Assembly: GCA_002071385.1 (NCBI GenBank)
Contig: MWFB01000004.1
Span: 1 to 32,000 of the forward strand
Origin: Bacteroidetes bacterium ADurb.Bin013
GTDB taxonomy: Bacteria > Bacteroidota > Bacteroidia > Bacteroidales > UBA932
Direction: 5' to 3'
DNA: 32,000 bases
Shown here: positions 15,916 to 24,512 of the stretch, in pieces
How the letters are laid out: each line of letters opens with the position of its first letter
How positions within the stretch are numbered: the first letter of the stretch is position 1
Notes under the pieces: generated by a model
Told to the model about the DNA's origin: nothing
Databases searched by the model: none
Seen by the model: only the letters and a program-made list of their open reading frames with translations
Made by a program: the position numbers and the translations under genes

Positions 15916-16766
15916 TAGATCTCTACGGTTGCCCTTGACTTATTGAGTGTATAGAAATGAAGACCGGGGGCACCCAGCATGAGCAGGTCCCGGCATTGGC
16001 GGATGGCAAAGTCCATTCCGGCTTTGTAAACGGCTTCCGGATTGTAGCGGTTGCTTTCCAGTTGCTCCAGGAAAGCAGGTGGCACCGAGGCACGCGAAAG
16101 GTTAACAAAACGCTCCAGCTGAGAATATTTGGTCAGGGGAATGATCCCGGGAATGATCCGGCACTTGATCCCTGCCTTGCGTGCCCGGGAAACGAAATCA
16201 AAATACCGTTTATTGTCGAAGAAAAACTGGGTTATCAGGAAATCGCACCCGGCATCGACTTTCTTTTTGAGGTTCCTCATATCTATTTCTGCACTGGGTG
16301 ATTCGGGATGGACTTCAGGATAGGCTCCTCCTCCTATACAGCAATCATCAATGAACTCGCGGGCAAAAGTGATGAGTTCCGTCGCATTGGCAAAACCGTC
16401 GTAACAGGGGATGAAACCATACTTGGAACCCACTTCCGGATCCCCCCGCAACAGCATGAAATTCTGCAGTCCAAGCTTGCGCAGCGTCTTCAGGTCTTCC
16501 AGTGTCCTTGACCTTGTGCTGCCCACACATGTATAATGCGCCACGGTATTGAGTCCTACCCTGTTTTTCAAGTAATCGACCAGGTCAAAGGTACGGGACT
16601 GTGTGGAGCCTCCGGCTCCGTATGTAACAGAAACAAAGGAAGGACTCAGCTTGATAAGCTGTCCGATGTTCAATCCAAAATCAACGGCTGCGATTTCATC
16701 CCTGGGAGGATAGAACTCAAAGGAAAAAGTTTTCTCGGAAACCTTGAATATATCGGTCAGCTTCAT
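15894..16766 (-). CDS. metF: 5,10-methylenetetrahydrofolate reductase
   Basis: FSFEFYPPR and SVTYGAGGST are MetF signatures. The start ATG overlaps the metH stop codon in an ATGA (16763-16766). Confidence 0.9.
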   Translation of the reverse strand: MKLTDIFKVSEKTFSFEFYPPRDEIAAVDFGLNIGQLIKLSPSFVSVTYGAGGSTQSRTFDLVDYLKNRVGLNTVAHYTCVGSTRSRTLEDLKTLRKLGLQNFMLLRGDPEVGSKYGFIPCYDGFANATELITFAREFIDDCCIGGGAYPEVHPESPSAEIDMRNLKKKVDAGCDFLITQFFFDNKRYFDFVSRARKAGIKCRIIPGIIPLTKYSQLERFVNLSRASVPPAFLEQLESNRYNPEAVYKAGMDFAIRQCRDLLMLGAPGLHFYTLNKSRATVEIYQTLMVR

Positions 16767-19700
16767 AGGCCCGGATCCTTGTGTACAGTGATATAATGAG
16801 CCTGCGGGTGGCTGATGTACATGCCGCAAACGGATGCGGCGGGTTGCAGCATGCAGGACGATGTAAGGGCAATGCCCAGTTCATCCGCAGGTTGCAGCAT
16901 GGTCACAACGCTTTGCTTGAGGGTGTGGTCGGGACAGGAAGGATAACCAAAGGCCGGACGAATCCCGCGAGGTGCACCGCAGGAAAAAACCATAAGCTCC
17001 CTGTGCAGGGCTTCGCTGGCAGCTTCTGCCAGCAGGTCCAGCAATGTTCTCAAAATAAGCGCATTGTAGACATCTCCGCGCTTTTGCATGCTTTCCGCAA
17101 GTTTTTCCAGCTGCGGGGAGGAGGCAGTCAGCAGGAACAAGCCGGCATGATCCGGAGTGTGTGCGGGATCCGCGGCAGCAATGAAATCGGCAAGGCTTGT
17201 ATTCGGCGATCCGTCCGCATGGCGCAACAGGTCACGCTCCATGGGTAAATCCAGGACGATATGCAGGGAGGAATCCCCTGCAAAAAACAAGATATGATCA
17301 TCCGGAGTGGATACGGCAGGCCAGAATCCGGCGGCTGCCCGGACCTTTGCAATGTCCCCGTAATGTCCGCCAATCAGATCATCCAGCAGACGGACGGCAT
17401 CTTCCACGGCAATCTTTCCCTGTTCCCTGCTTTCACGAACCTCCCATATGTGCAGGAAAGTATCCCAGTCCAAATGCTTGCGGAGTTTTGCAAAGGGAAT
17501 CTCAACATGCTGTACTCCCATGAAAGGAGGAACAAAATCATCAGGCACCCGGTGCTGCCCGCAACATGGACAGGATTCCTGCCCTGCCAGGGAGAGAGAA
17601 GGGACCCATTTGTTGGCACGAGCCTCGGCGGGGGACAGGTATTCCTTCCTGGCTGCGGCCATGCCGTAGGCATCCCTCATCCTTTTCTGGGAAGCGCGCA
17701 AATCTGTAAAATAACGTTCGCGTTCCACGGGATCTTTTGAGGTACAAGCGGCCAGGACCGGCACCACACCGGCGGCATCGGGGCAATGGATGACCGGTCC
17801 GCTGTAAAGCGGCGCGATCCTCAGGGAGGTGAACAGGGATGAAGTCGTGGCTCCTCCAATGAGCAGGGGTGTTGTCAGTCCTGCCTTTTCCATGGCACCT
17901 GCCACATCAACCATTTCGTCCAGCGAGGGAGTGATCAGGGCGCTCAATCCTACAAAGGCAGCCTGCTCACGTATGGCTGCTTCCACTATCTTGTGTGCGG
18001 GCACCATGACCCCCAGGTCGCTCACCTTGTAATTGTTACATTCCATTACCAGGATCACCAGGTTTTTCCCAATATCATGCACATCGCCCCTGACTGTGGC
18101 AATGATGCCTTTCACAGTTTCCGTTGCTGCATTCCCCGAAGTCTTGCTGTTCTTTTCCGCCTCTATGCGGGGTTGTAATATGGATACTGCCCTTTTCATG
18201 GTCCGAGCTGTTCTGACAACCTGGGGAAGGAACATTTTTCCCTCTCCAAAAAGTTTGCCTACCCGTTTCATGCCTTCCATCAGGGTATGTTCCACAATAT
18301 CAATGGCCGGGGTGGTGCACAGGGCTTCCAGGTCTTCTTCAAGGTATTCTTCTATCCCGTGTGCCAGTGCATGGTGCAGGCGTTCCTCAGCATCCAGGTC
18401 CCGCCAGGCTTCGCGGGTCACGGTCCCGGCTTCCTGTTGTCCCGGACCGTTGATGGTTGCTGCCATTTCTATGAGCCGGGATGTGGCCCCTGCATCTGTG
18501 TCCAGGATCACATCTTCCACAGCCCGGCGCAAAGGTTCCGGAATTTCAGAATATATGGGCTGTGCTCCGGGTTTGACAATGGCCATATCCAGTCCTGCCG
18601 CTATGGCATGATAGAGAAAAACAGCATGCATGGCTTCCCGGATGGTTTCGTTTCCTCGGAACGCAAAAGAAAGGTTGCTTACCCCGGCAATGACCAGGGC
18701 TCCTTGCAGGTTTTGTTTCAGATAACGGACTGTATCTATGAAATCCACGGCAAAATGCCGGTGTTCCTCCATCCCTGTGCCCACCGCCAGCACGTTGGGA
18801 TCCAGAATAATATCATGGGGCTCAAAACCGGCCTGGTCCACAAGAAAACGAAAGGCCCGGGTACATATTTCTATGCGGCGTTCCCGGGTGGATGCCTGCC
18901 CCTGCTCATCAAAAGCCATGACAAGCGGAACCGCCCCATATTGTTTTATCAGTTTTGCCTTTCGCAAAAATGCTTCTGGCCCTTCTTTCAGACTGATCGA
19001 ATTCACAATGGATTTGCCCTGAACACACTGCAGGCCCGCAAGCAGCACTTCCCATCGGGAAGAATCCAGCATAAGCGGCACCCTGGCCACTTCCGGATCG
19101 GAGCCCAGCATGAAAAGGAATTCCCTCATGGCTGTGGGTGCATCCAACATGGGATCATCCGTATTGACATCCAGTATATGTGCCCCGTCCCGGACCATTC
19201 CCCGCGCTATTTCCAATGCCTGGTCGTATTGCTTTTCTCTTATCAACCGGGCGAACTTCCGGCTTCCAGACACGTTTGTACGTTCTCCGGCTATCAGGAA
19301 TGCAGGCTCTTCCCTTACTGTGAGCATCTCAAGACCGCTCAGGGTAATCCTTTGCGGCTGGCCTTCTTCTACCCTGACCGGCACTCTTCTCAACGGGGCC
19401 TGGTTCTTCCGGACCATCCCGGCCAGTGCTTCAATATGGTCCGGTGTAGTGCCGCAACATCCTCCTATGATATTGACCAGCCCTTCTTCAACATAAGGCT
19501 TTACCTGCTGCGCCATAGCTTCAGGAGAAAGGGTGTATTTGCCGAACATATCCGGCAATCCGGCATTGGGGTGTGCGCTGGTGAAACCTGGAGCGAATCT
19601 GGACAGTATGCGAACATAGGGAAGCATTTTATCCGGGCCAAAAGAACAATTCAGTCCAACGCTGAACAATCCGGCATGAGCCGTGGAAACAAGGAACGCT

Positions 19701-20311
19701 TCCAAAGTCTGGCCGGACAGGATGCGCCCCGAGTTGTCTGCTATGGTTGCAGAAAGCATTACAGGCATCCCCGGAGCTTCTTCGGACAGGGCAAAAAGGG
19801 CCGCCTTTGCATTGAGTGCATCAAAAACGGTTTCTACCAGGAAGAGGTCGACACCGCCCTCTTTAAGGCCTCGGGCCTGTTCACGGTAAGCTCCTACCAG
19901 GGTGGCAAAATCCGTGGCACGCACCCCGGGCCTGTTCATATCGGGTGATATGGAGGCCGATTTGTTCGTCGGGCCCAGGGATCCGGCAACAAACCGTGCA
20001 TCACTTTCTCTTGCCAGGCGTGCGGCCTGAAAGTTCATTGTGTAAACCTGGTCCTGCATGCCGTAATCCTGCTGGGATATGGCATTTGCGTTGAATGTAT
20101 TGGTGGTGATGATATCGGCGCCGGCCTGTACGTATTCCCTGTGAATGGACAATATGAGCTCCGGCTGTGTCAGGGTAAGGATATCGTTGTTCCCATCGTT
20201 TCCGGGGGGAAAAGACGGAGCAAAACGCTGGATCATTGTCCCCATTGCTCCGTCCAGGATCAATATGCGCCCTGACAAAAGACTCCCGGGCGGGTTATTT
20301 TGCCAATTCAC
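16763..20311 (-). CDS. metH: Cobalamin-dependent methionine synthase, full four-module form
   Basis: The Hcy module has LDGAMGT, GLNCSFG and GGCCGTTP. The B12 module has the GDVHDIGKN (DxHxxG) motif. The AdoMet reactivation module has RPAFGYPSCPDH. The only in-frame start after the upstream stop codon is the GTG at 20311. Confidence 0.95.
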   Translation of the reverse strand: MNWQNNPPGSLLSGRILILDGAMGTMIQRFAPSFPPGNDGNNDILTLTQPELILSIHREYVQAGADIITTNTFNANAISQQDYGMQDQVYTMNFQAARLARESDARFVAGSLGPTNKSASISPDMNRPGVRATDFATLVGAYREQARGLKEGGVDLFLVETVFDALNAKAALFALSEEAPGMPVMLSATIADNSGRILSGQTLEAFLVSTAHAGLFSVGLNCSFGPDKMLPYVRILSRFAPGFTSAHPNAGLPDMFGKYTLSPEAMAQQVKPYVEEGLVNIIGGCCGTTPDHIEALAGMVRKNQAPLRRVPVRVEEGQPQRITLSGLEMLTVREEPAFLIAGERTNVSGSRKFARLIREKQYDQALEIARGMVRDGAHILDVNTDDPMLDAPTAMREFLFMLGSDPEVARVPLMLDSSRWEVLLAGLQCVQGKSIVNSISLKEGPEAFLRKAKLIKQYGAVPLVMAFDEQGQASTRERRIEICTRAFRFLVDQAGFEPHDIILDPNVLAVGTGMEEHRHFAVDFIDTVRYLKQNLQGALVIAGVSNLSFAFRGNETIREAMHAVFLYHAIAAGLDMAIVKPGAQPIYSEIPEPLRRAVEDVILDTDAGATSRLIEMAATINGPGQQEAGTVTREAWRDLDAEERLHHALAHGIEEYLEEDLEALCTTPAIDIVEHTLMEGMKRVGKLFGEGKMFLPQVVRTARTMKRAVSILQPRIEAEKNSKTSGNAATETVKGIIATVRGDVHDIGKNLVILVMECNNYKVSDLGVMVPAHKIVEAAIREQAAFVGLSALITPSLDEMVDVAGAMEKAGLTTPLLIGGATTSSLFTSLRIAPLYSGPVIHCPDAAGVVPVLAACTSKDPVERERYFTDLRASQKRMRDAYGMAAARKEYLSPAEARANKWVPSLSLAGQESCPCCGQHRVPDDFVPPFMGVQHVEIPFAKLRKHLDWDTFLHIWEVRESREQGKIAVEDAVRLLDDLIGGHYGDIAKVRAAAGFWPAVSTPDDHILFFAGDSSLHIVLDLPMERDLLRHADGSPNTSLADFIAAADPAHTPDHAGLFLLTASSPQLEKLAESMQKRGDVYNALILRTLLDLLAEAASEALHRELMVFSCGAPRGIRPAFGYPSCPDHTLKQSVVTMLQPADELGIALTSSCMLQPAASVCGMYISHPQAHYITVHKDPGL

Positions 20312-20570
20312 TTATTTTTTCAAATAAGGCATCTATCCTGGTCAGAAATTCTTCCTTCAACGCTTTGATATGGGGTTTTGCCGGTTTCTCGCGTATCTTG
20401 TTCAGTCGTTCAAACATCTCATCCCTGAGCGCAATGGCCTCGTTTATAACGTCCATGGCCTCTGCCTCTTTTTTATCGGGATTGACATAGACGAACGTAC
20501 AGCAATCCGAGATCACCTCATCTATCAAATAGTCAAAATCTTTTTTAAGTGTTCTTAAATTTTCAGGCAT
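20295..20570 (-). CDS. Hypothetical small, predicted-helical protein (91 aa from the ATG, 102 aa from an upstream TTG)
   Basis: The ORF has a protein-like, charged and helical composition (LIDEVISDCCTFVYVNPDKKEAEAMDVINEAIALRDEMFERLNKI). I recognise no family. It ends 17 nt inside metH. Confidence 0.45.
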   Translation of the reverse strand: MPENLRTLKKDFDYLIDEVISDCCTFVYVNPDKKEAEAMDVINEAIALRDEMFERLNKIREKPAKPHIKALKEEFLTRIDALFEKISELAK

Positions 20571-20589
20571 ATGCTTTGGTATGTATTGT

Positions 20590-21768
20590 TTATAATGGTT
20601 CAACCCCTATCCCGGGTTTATCTTCCAGGGTTATGTACCCGTCCACGACTTTCATTCCGGTGAAGATATCGTTGGCAATCAACCAGTTTCCATCCAGATC
20701 TGCCCATTCCAGCTGACTTGCGAATTGAGCAGCTGCCGATATGGCTACAGAGGTTTCTGTCATGCAGCCCATCATGATTCGCATATTGAGGGCTTTGGCA
20801 AGGGTTATCATCTCCCGGGCTTCACGCATGCCGGTGCATTTCATCAGTTTGATATTGATCCCGTCGTAGGCACCGTAAAGTTTTCGTACATCGGACAGTC
20901 GTTGGCAGGCTTCATCTGCCATAATGGGAAGGGGACTCCGGTCACGCAGCCAGGCCGCTTCATCCAGCAGGAGCTTGGGCATGGGTTGTTCAACCATTTC
21001 CACACCGCGGGCAGCCAGCCATTCCATCATGGAAAGGGCATATCCTTTCTCTTTCCATCCCTGGTTGGCATCCACCACAATAGGAAGGTCGGTTACCTCT
21101 CTGATGGTGTTTATCATGGTTTTATCATTTTCTTCCGTGTTGCCGAGTTTTACCTTGATCAGGTTGTAATCAAGGGTTTCCAGTGTCTTTTTGCGCACCT
21201 CTTCCCTGTCAATGCTTCCATCCGGCGCATAGGCCAGTCCCACTGTTACGCAGGTGCTGGGAAGGTTTTTGTTGCTCCATCCCCAGATCTTCCACCAGGG
21301 CTGTCCCATAAGTTTTCCGCACAAATCGTGCAGGGCAATGTCCACAGCACACTTGGCTGCAGTATTGTTGGTCGTTATATTGTCCACATAGGTCAATATC
21401 TCTTCCAACTGGAAAGGTGAACTGAAACGGCTCAGATCTACTCGACTGAGAAATTCCATCACAGACGCGGTACTTTCTCCCAGATAGGGCGGCATAGAGG
21501 CTTCCCCGTAGCCCACATGTCCCTGGTACGTGATCCTGGTCAGGACTATGGGCGTAGTGGAACGGGAGGAACCCGAAATGGTAAAAACATGTTTCATTCT
21601 TGCCTCGAAAGGCTCGAAGGTAAGTACCATCTTATCCGATGAGGCGGCTTTTTTTGATTGGAGTGTCTTTTTTGCATTTCCGGCAAACAGTCTGGAGGGG
21701 CTGGCAAGAGCAGCCGCTGCGGCCATGGCCATGGATGTTTTCAGAAAATCGCGCCTTGTTGAATTCAT
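20590..21768 (-). CDS. Enolase-superfamily dipeptide (L-Ala-D/L-Glu-type) epimerase with a Tat signal
   Basis: The N-terminus is a Tat signal (TRRDFLK followed by an Ala-rich h-region). The MR/MLE-type barrel shows IKVKLG, VDANQGW, VEQP, MADE and INIKLMKCTG. It is adjacent to an NlpC/P60 gene, as in the B. subtilis ykfB/ykfC pair. Confidence 0.8.
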   Translation of the reverse strand: MNSTRRDFLKTSMAMAAAAALASPSRLFAGNAKKTLQSKKAASSDKMVLTFEPFEARMKHVFTISGSSRSTTPIVLTRITYQGHVGYGEASMPPYLGESTASVMEFLSRVDLSRFSSPFQLEEILTYVDNITTNNTAAKCAVDIALHDLCGKLMGQPWWKIWGWSNKNLPSTCVTVGLAYAPDGSIDREEVRKKTLETLDYNLIKVKLGNTEENDKTMINTIREVTDLPIVVDANQGWKEKGYALSMMEWLAARGVEMVEQPMPKLLLDEAAWLRDRSPLPIMADEACQRLSDVRKLYGAYDGINIKLMKCTGMREAREMITLAKALNMRIMMGCMTETSVAISAAAQFASQLEWADLDGNWLIANDIFTGMKVVDGYITLEDKPGIGVEPL

Positions 21769-21791
21769 TGTTTAGTCAAGGTTATGGTACA

Positions 21792-23003
21792 TTATTGAGT
21801 CTTGATCCCGTACCAGGGATGTTCCCTGACAGAAACCACTTGGGTTCCGTCATCAATATGATTCAGGATCCTGGCTGCCCTCAGCAACCTGTCTGAACCT
21901 TCATAATAAATGTCACTGGCAGGATCCAGCGAGTTGATCCTGACCCTCCCGGCTGAATGAATAAAACGGCCGTCTCCAATATATATTCCTACGTGGGTAA
22001 TGCTTTCCTTCCTGTCCTCCGTGGCTTTCCTCCCGAAAAATATCAGGTCACCCATGGTCAGTCGTTGCCAGCCTTCGCTTATGTCAACCTGTTCTCCCAT
22101 GCGTGCCTGCTGCGATGCATCCCGCAACAGGACAATCCCGTTCAGGTAAAATGCGGTTTTTACAAGACCGCTGCAATCCATTGCCTTGATGGAAGTTCCG
22201 GCCCAAAGATAAGGGAAGCCCACAAACTGCATGGCCGTTGCAATGATATCTTCCGGCAGGGGATTTCCCGATCTGGCCCATGCCTCAAAGGGTTCTGCAT
22301 CATAGCGTGGCAGGTATGCCTGTTTTCCATCCGGTAGCCTTACCTTATAAAACAAAGGTGTTTGCCCTTCCAGCTCCACAATATTGCCCCACACCCCGTC
22401 AGACACCACAGGTGCTCCCGGAAGAGGCTTCTCCCTGAATAAGGTATAATGTTTATTTACAATGACTTTGGGTGCTTTCATCCATTGACCGTATGTTTGT
22501 TCATCCATCTCCTGCAGGCTGGACGAAGAAACCCAGGCTATATAACCTTCCGGTGTCCTGACCCTGGTCCAGCTTCCTTTCTTGTCCAGAATGCGCAAGG
22601 GCATTCCCATGAGTGTCTGCGTGGCTGACTCGGATGAATAGCGTGGTTCATAGCGCAGGTTGGCCACTGACAGGCTGGTAACACCATATATACGGCCTTC
22701 CAGGGCAGGATCGGGCAACAAGACAATGCTGTCTGTAAGCTCTATTCCTTGTGATGCAGCGGCAGCAACCAGGGCGGGTACCACGCCGGGTTCGGTGGTA
22801 GAGCCTTTCATAACATAAGTTTTTGAACCCTGTAGTTTTACGAACACGATCTCATAAACATTATCGCGCCTGTCCGGAGTGAAAGCAGTTTTCACATTGT
22901 CGGAAATGTTGGAAAGTTTTTCCAAGGTCCTTGTTTTCGTGCATCCGGCGAGTACGGCCAGAGCAGCTGAAATTGCGACAAGATAATAGAATTGCTTTTT
23001 CAT
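21792..23003 (-). CDS. NlpC/P60 (C40) gamma-D-glutamyl-L-diamino-acid endopeptidase-like lipoprotein with SH3b-like domains
   Basis: It has a lipobox (LAVLAGC). The C-terminal catalytic region shows DCSGLV (Cys) and HVGIYIGDGRFIHS (His). The middle region resembles the paired SH3b architecture of YkfC. Confidence 0.85.
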   Translation of the reverse strand: MKKQFYYLVAISAALAVLAGCTKTRTLEKLSNISDNVKTAFTPDRRDNVYEIVFVKLQGSKTYVMKGSTTEPGVVPALVAAAASQGIELTDSIVLLPDPALEGRIYGVTSLSVANLRYEPRYSSESATQTLMGMPLRILDKKGSWTRVRTPEGYIAWVSSSSLQEMDEQTYGQWMKAPKVIVNKHYTLFREKPLPGAPVVSDGVWGNIVELEGQTPLFYKVRLPDGKQAYLPRYDAEPFEAWARSGNPLPEDIIATAMQFVGFPYLWAGTSIKAMDCSGLVKTAFYLNGIVLLRDASQQARMGEQVDISEGWQRLTMGDLIFFGRKATEDRKESITHVGIYIGDGRFIHSAGRVRINSLDPASDIYYEGSDRLLRAARILNHIDDGTQVVSVREHPWYGIKTQ

Positions 23004-23009
23004 ATCTTA

Positions 23010-23017
23010 CAAATTTA
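23010..23017 (-). promoter_or_regulatory. -7 box TAAATTTG ending 6 nt before the ATG of the NlpC/P60 gene
   Basis: The reverse complement of 23010-23017 is TAAATTTG, followed by TAAGAT and then the ATG at 23003. A partial -33 element (CTTG) lies 19 nt upstream. Confidence 0.5.
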
Positions 23018-23026
23018 CGGCAAATC

Positions 23027-23058
23027 TTTGATTTGACAAGGCATACTTGTTACCTTTG
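23027..23058 (+). promoter_or_regulatory. Promoter TTTG-N20-TACCTTTG abutting the radical SAM gene start
   Basis: TTTG occupies 23027-23030, followed by a 20-nt spacer and TACCTTTG at 23051-23058. ATG codons follow at 23060 and 23063. Confidence 0.6.
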
Positions 23059-23059
23059 C

Positions 23060-24052
23060 ATGATGCAACGTTACAAATCCTTTACGGGTTATTTCATAAG
23101 CCGGTACGGAACCCGCCTTCAGAAAGTAGTCGTTGATGCCGGTTTTTCCTGTCCCAACCGTGACGGTACCACAGGTACAGGAGGTTGTACCTATTGCGAC
23201 AACCGGGCTTTTCATCCCGGCTACAGCACACCGGATAAAAGCCTGACCCTGCAGATAGATGAGGGCATTGAATTCCATCGTGTGCGCTACTGTAAAGCGG
23301 GAGGTTATCTTGCTTATTTCCAGCCTTATTCCAACACACATGCCCCATTGGAGGACCTGCGCAGGATATACAAGCCTGCCCTGGAAGATCCCCGCATCAG
23401 CGGAATTGTGGTGGCTACCCGTCCCGATTGTATTGATGCACGAAAGCTGAAGTATTTCAGGGACCTGTCACTTGAAAAAATCGTTATTCTGGAATACGGC
23501 GTAGAATCCTGCTATAACAGGACACTGCAGCGCATCAACCGTTGCCACACCTGGGAACAATCTGCCGCTGCAATCCGTGACACCGCTGCCCTGGGGATTC
23601 ACACCTGTGTTCATATGATATTCGGGTTACCGGGAGAAAGCAGGGAAGAGATGCTTTCGGAAGCCGGAATCCTTAGCCGGTTGCCTCTGACAAGCCTCAA
23701 ACTCCACCAGTTGCAAATTGTGAAAGGAACTCCCATGGAAAAGGAATTTGCGGAAAAACCCGGAGACTTTGTCACTTTTTCACTCCATCAGTACCTGGAC
23801 TTTATCATAGATTTTCTGGAAAGGCTGCGCCCCGATATATTCATTGAACGTGTGGCCGGAGAAGTGCCGCCCCGTTTTGTGCATTCCAATCCCTGGGGAC
23901 TGATCCGCAATGTGGAAATCCTGCGTCTCCTTGAAAAAAGGCTGGAAGAACGCAATACCTTCCAGGGCGCCCTGTACGTCAATCCCACAGAAAGTGCAAC
24001 TGATGGCAATCCTCAACCGCCTGCAGGTTTGAACGAAAACGCTCCGGCATGA
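23060..24052 (+). CDS. TIGR01212/YhcC-family radical SAM protein
   Basis: The cluster region GFSCPNRDGTTGTGGCTYCDN and overall collinearity match E. coli YhcC. The true start may be the second ATG at 23063, given the promoter spacing. Confidence 0.85.
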   Translation: MMQRYKSFTGYFISRYGTRLQKVVVDAGFSCPNRDGTTGTGGCTYCDNRAFHPGYSTPDKSLTLQIDEGIEFHRVRYCKAGGYLAYFQPYSNTHAPLEDLRRIYKPALEDPRISGIVVATRPDCIDARKLKYFRDLSLEKIVILEYGVESCYNRTLQRINRCHTWEQSAAAIRDTAALGIHTCVHMIFGLPGESREEMLSEAGILSRLPLTSLKLHQLQIVKGTPMEKEFAEKPGDFVTFSLHQYLDFIIDFLERLRPDIFIERVAGEVPPRFVHSNPWGLIRNVEILRLLEKRLEERNTFQGALYVNPTESATDGNPQPPAGLNENAPA

Positions 24053-24512
24053 ATCCCGCTTTTACCATATGATCCAGCTGGGCCAGCAAAGGATCATAAT
24101 AGCCGCGAAAATTGAGCATCACAATGGGCTTGTCGATTTTTCCCAGCTGCTTCAGGACCAAAGCCGAGAACAATTCATCCAACGTTCCGTAACTCCCGGG
24201 AAAAACCACTATGGCATCGCAGTCTTCTATGAGCTTTTTCTTGCGTTCCTCCAGTGTTGAAACCAATACCATCCGGGTCAGGTGATGATGGGCTATGCGT
24301 TTTTCTTCGATCAGCGAAGGCATCACCCCCTCGACGCTGCCCCCACAGGCCAGTACACTGTTGGCCAGAACGCCCATGATGCCAATGTTTGTTCCCCCGT
24401 AAACAAGTTCGATTCCTTGCTCTGCCAGGATGGACCCCAGGAGTTCTGCCTGCTGTATTATTCCCGGGTCGTTCCCCGTATGGGAGCCGCAAAAGACACT
24501 TACCCTACGCAT
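23979..24512 (-). CDS. LOG-family (TIGR00730) nucleotide phosphoribohydrolase
   Basis: Family strings are present: VFCGS, LVYGGTNIGIMG and VVFPGSYGTLDELF (PGGxGTxxE-type motif). Confidence 0.85.
   Translation of the reverse strand: MRRVSVFCGSHTGNDPGIIQQAELLGSILAEQGIELVYGGTNIGIMGVLANSVLACGGSVEGVMPSLIEEKRIAHHHLTRMVLVSTLEERKKKLIEDCDAIVVFPGSYGTLDELFSALVLKQLGKIDKPIVMLNFRGYYDPLLAQLDHMVKAGFMPERFRSNLQAVEDCHQLHFLWD

Noticed and set aside
18287-19948. A 553-aa ORF on the plus strand, antisense to metH
   Set aside because: It is exactly in phase with the metH codons (both sets of codon starts are congruent to 2 mod 3). A stop codon can therefore arise in it only where metH uses TTA, CTA or TCA, and those codons are evidently avoided here. 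Its composition (Cys, His, Phe, Gln, Arg, Gly) is not protein-like. It is a shadow ORF. The codon avoidance itself is only ordinary codon bias.
20312-20589. A possible SAM or cobalamin riboswitch leader upstream of metH
   Set aside because: Read by eye on the metH strand, it has no B12-box (GCCACUG-like) and no SAM-I core strings. The region also holds an uninterrupted ORF with protein-like composition. A covariance-model scan would be the decisive test.
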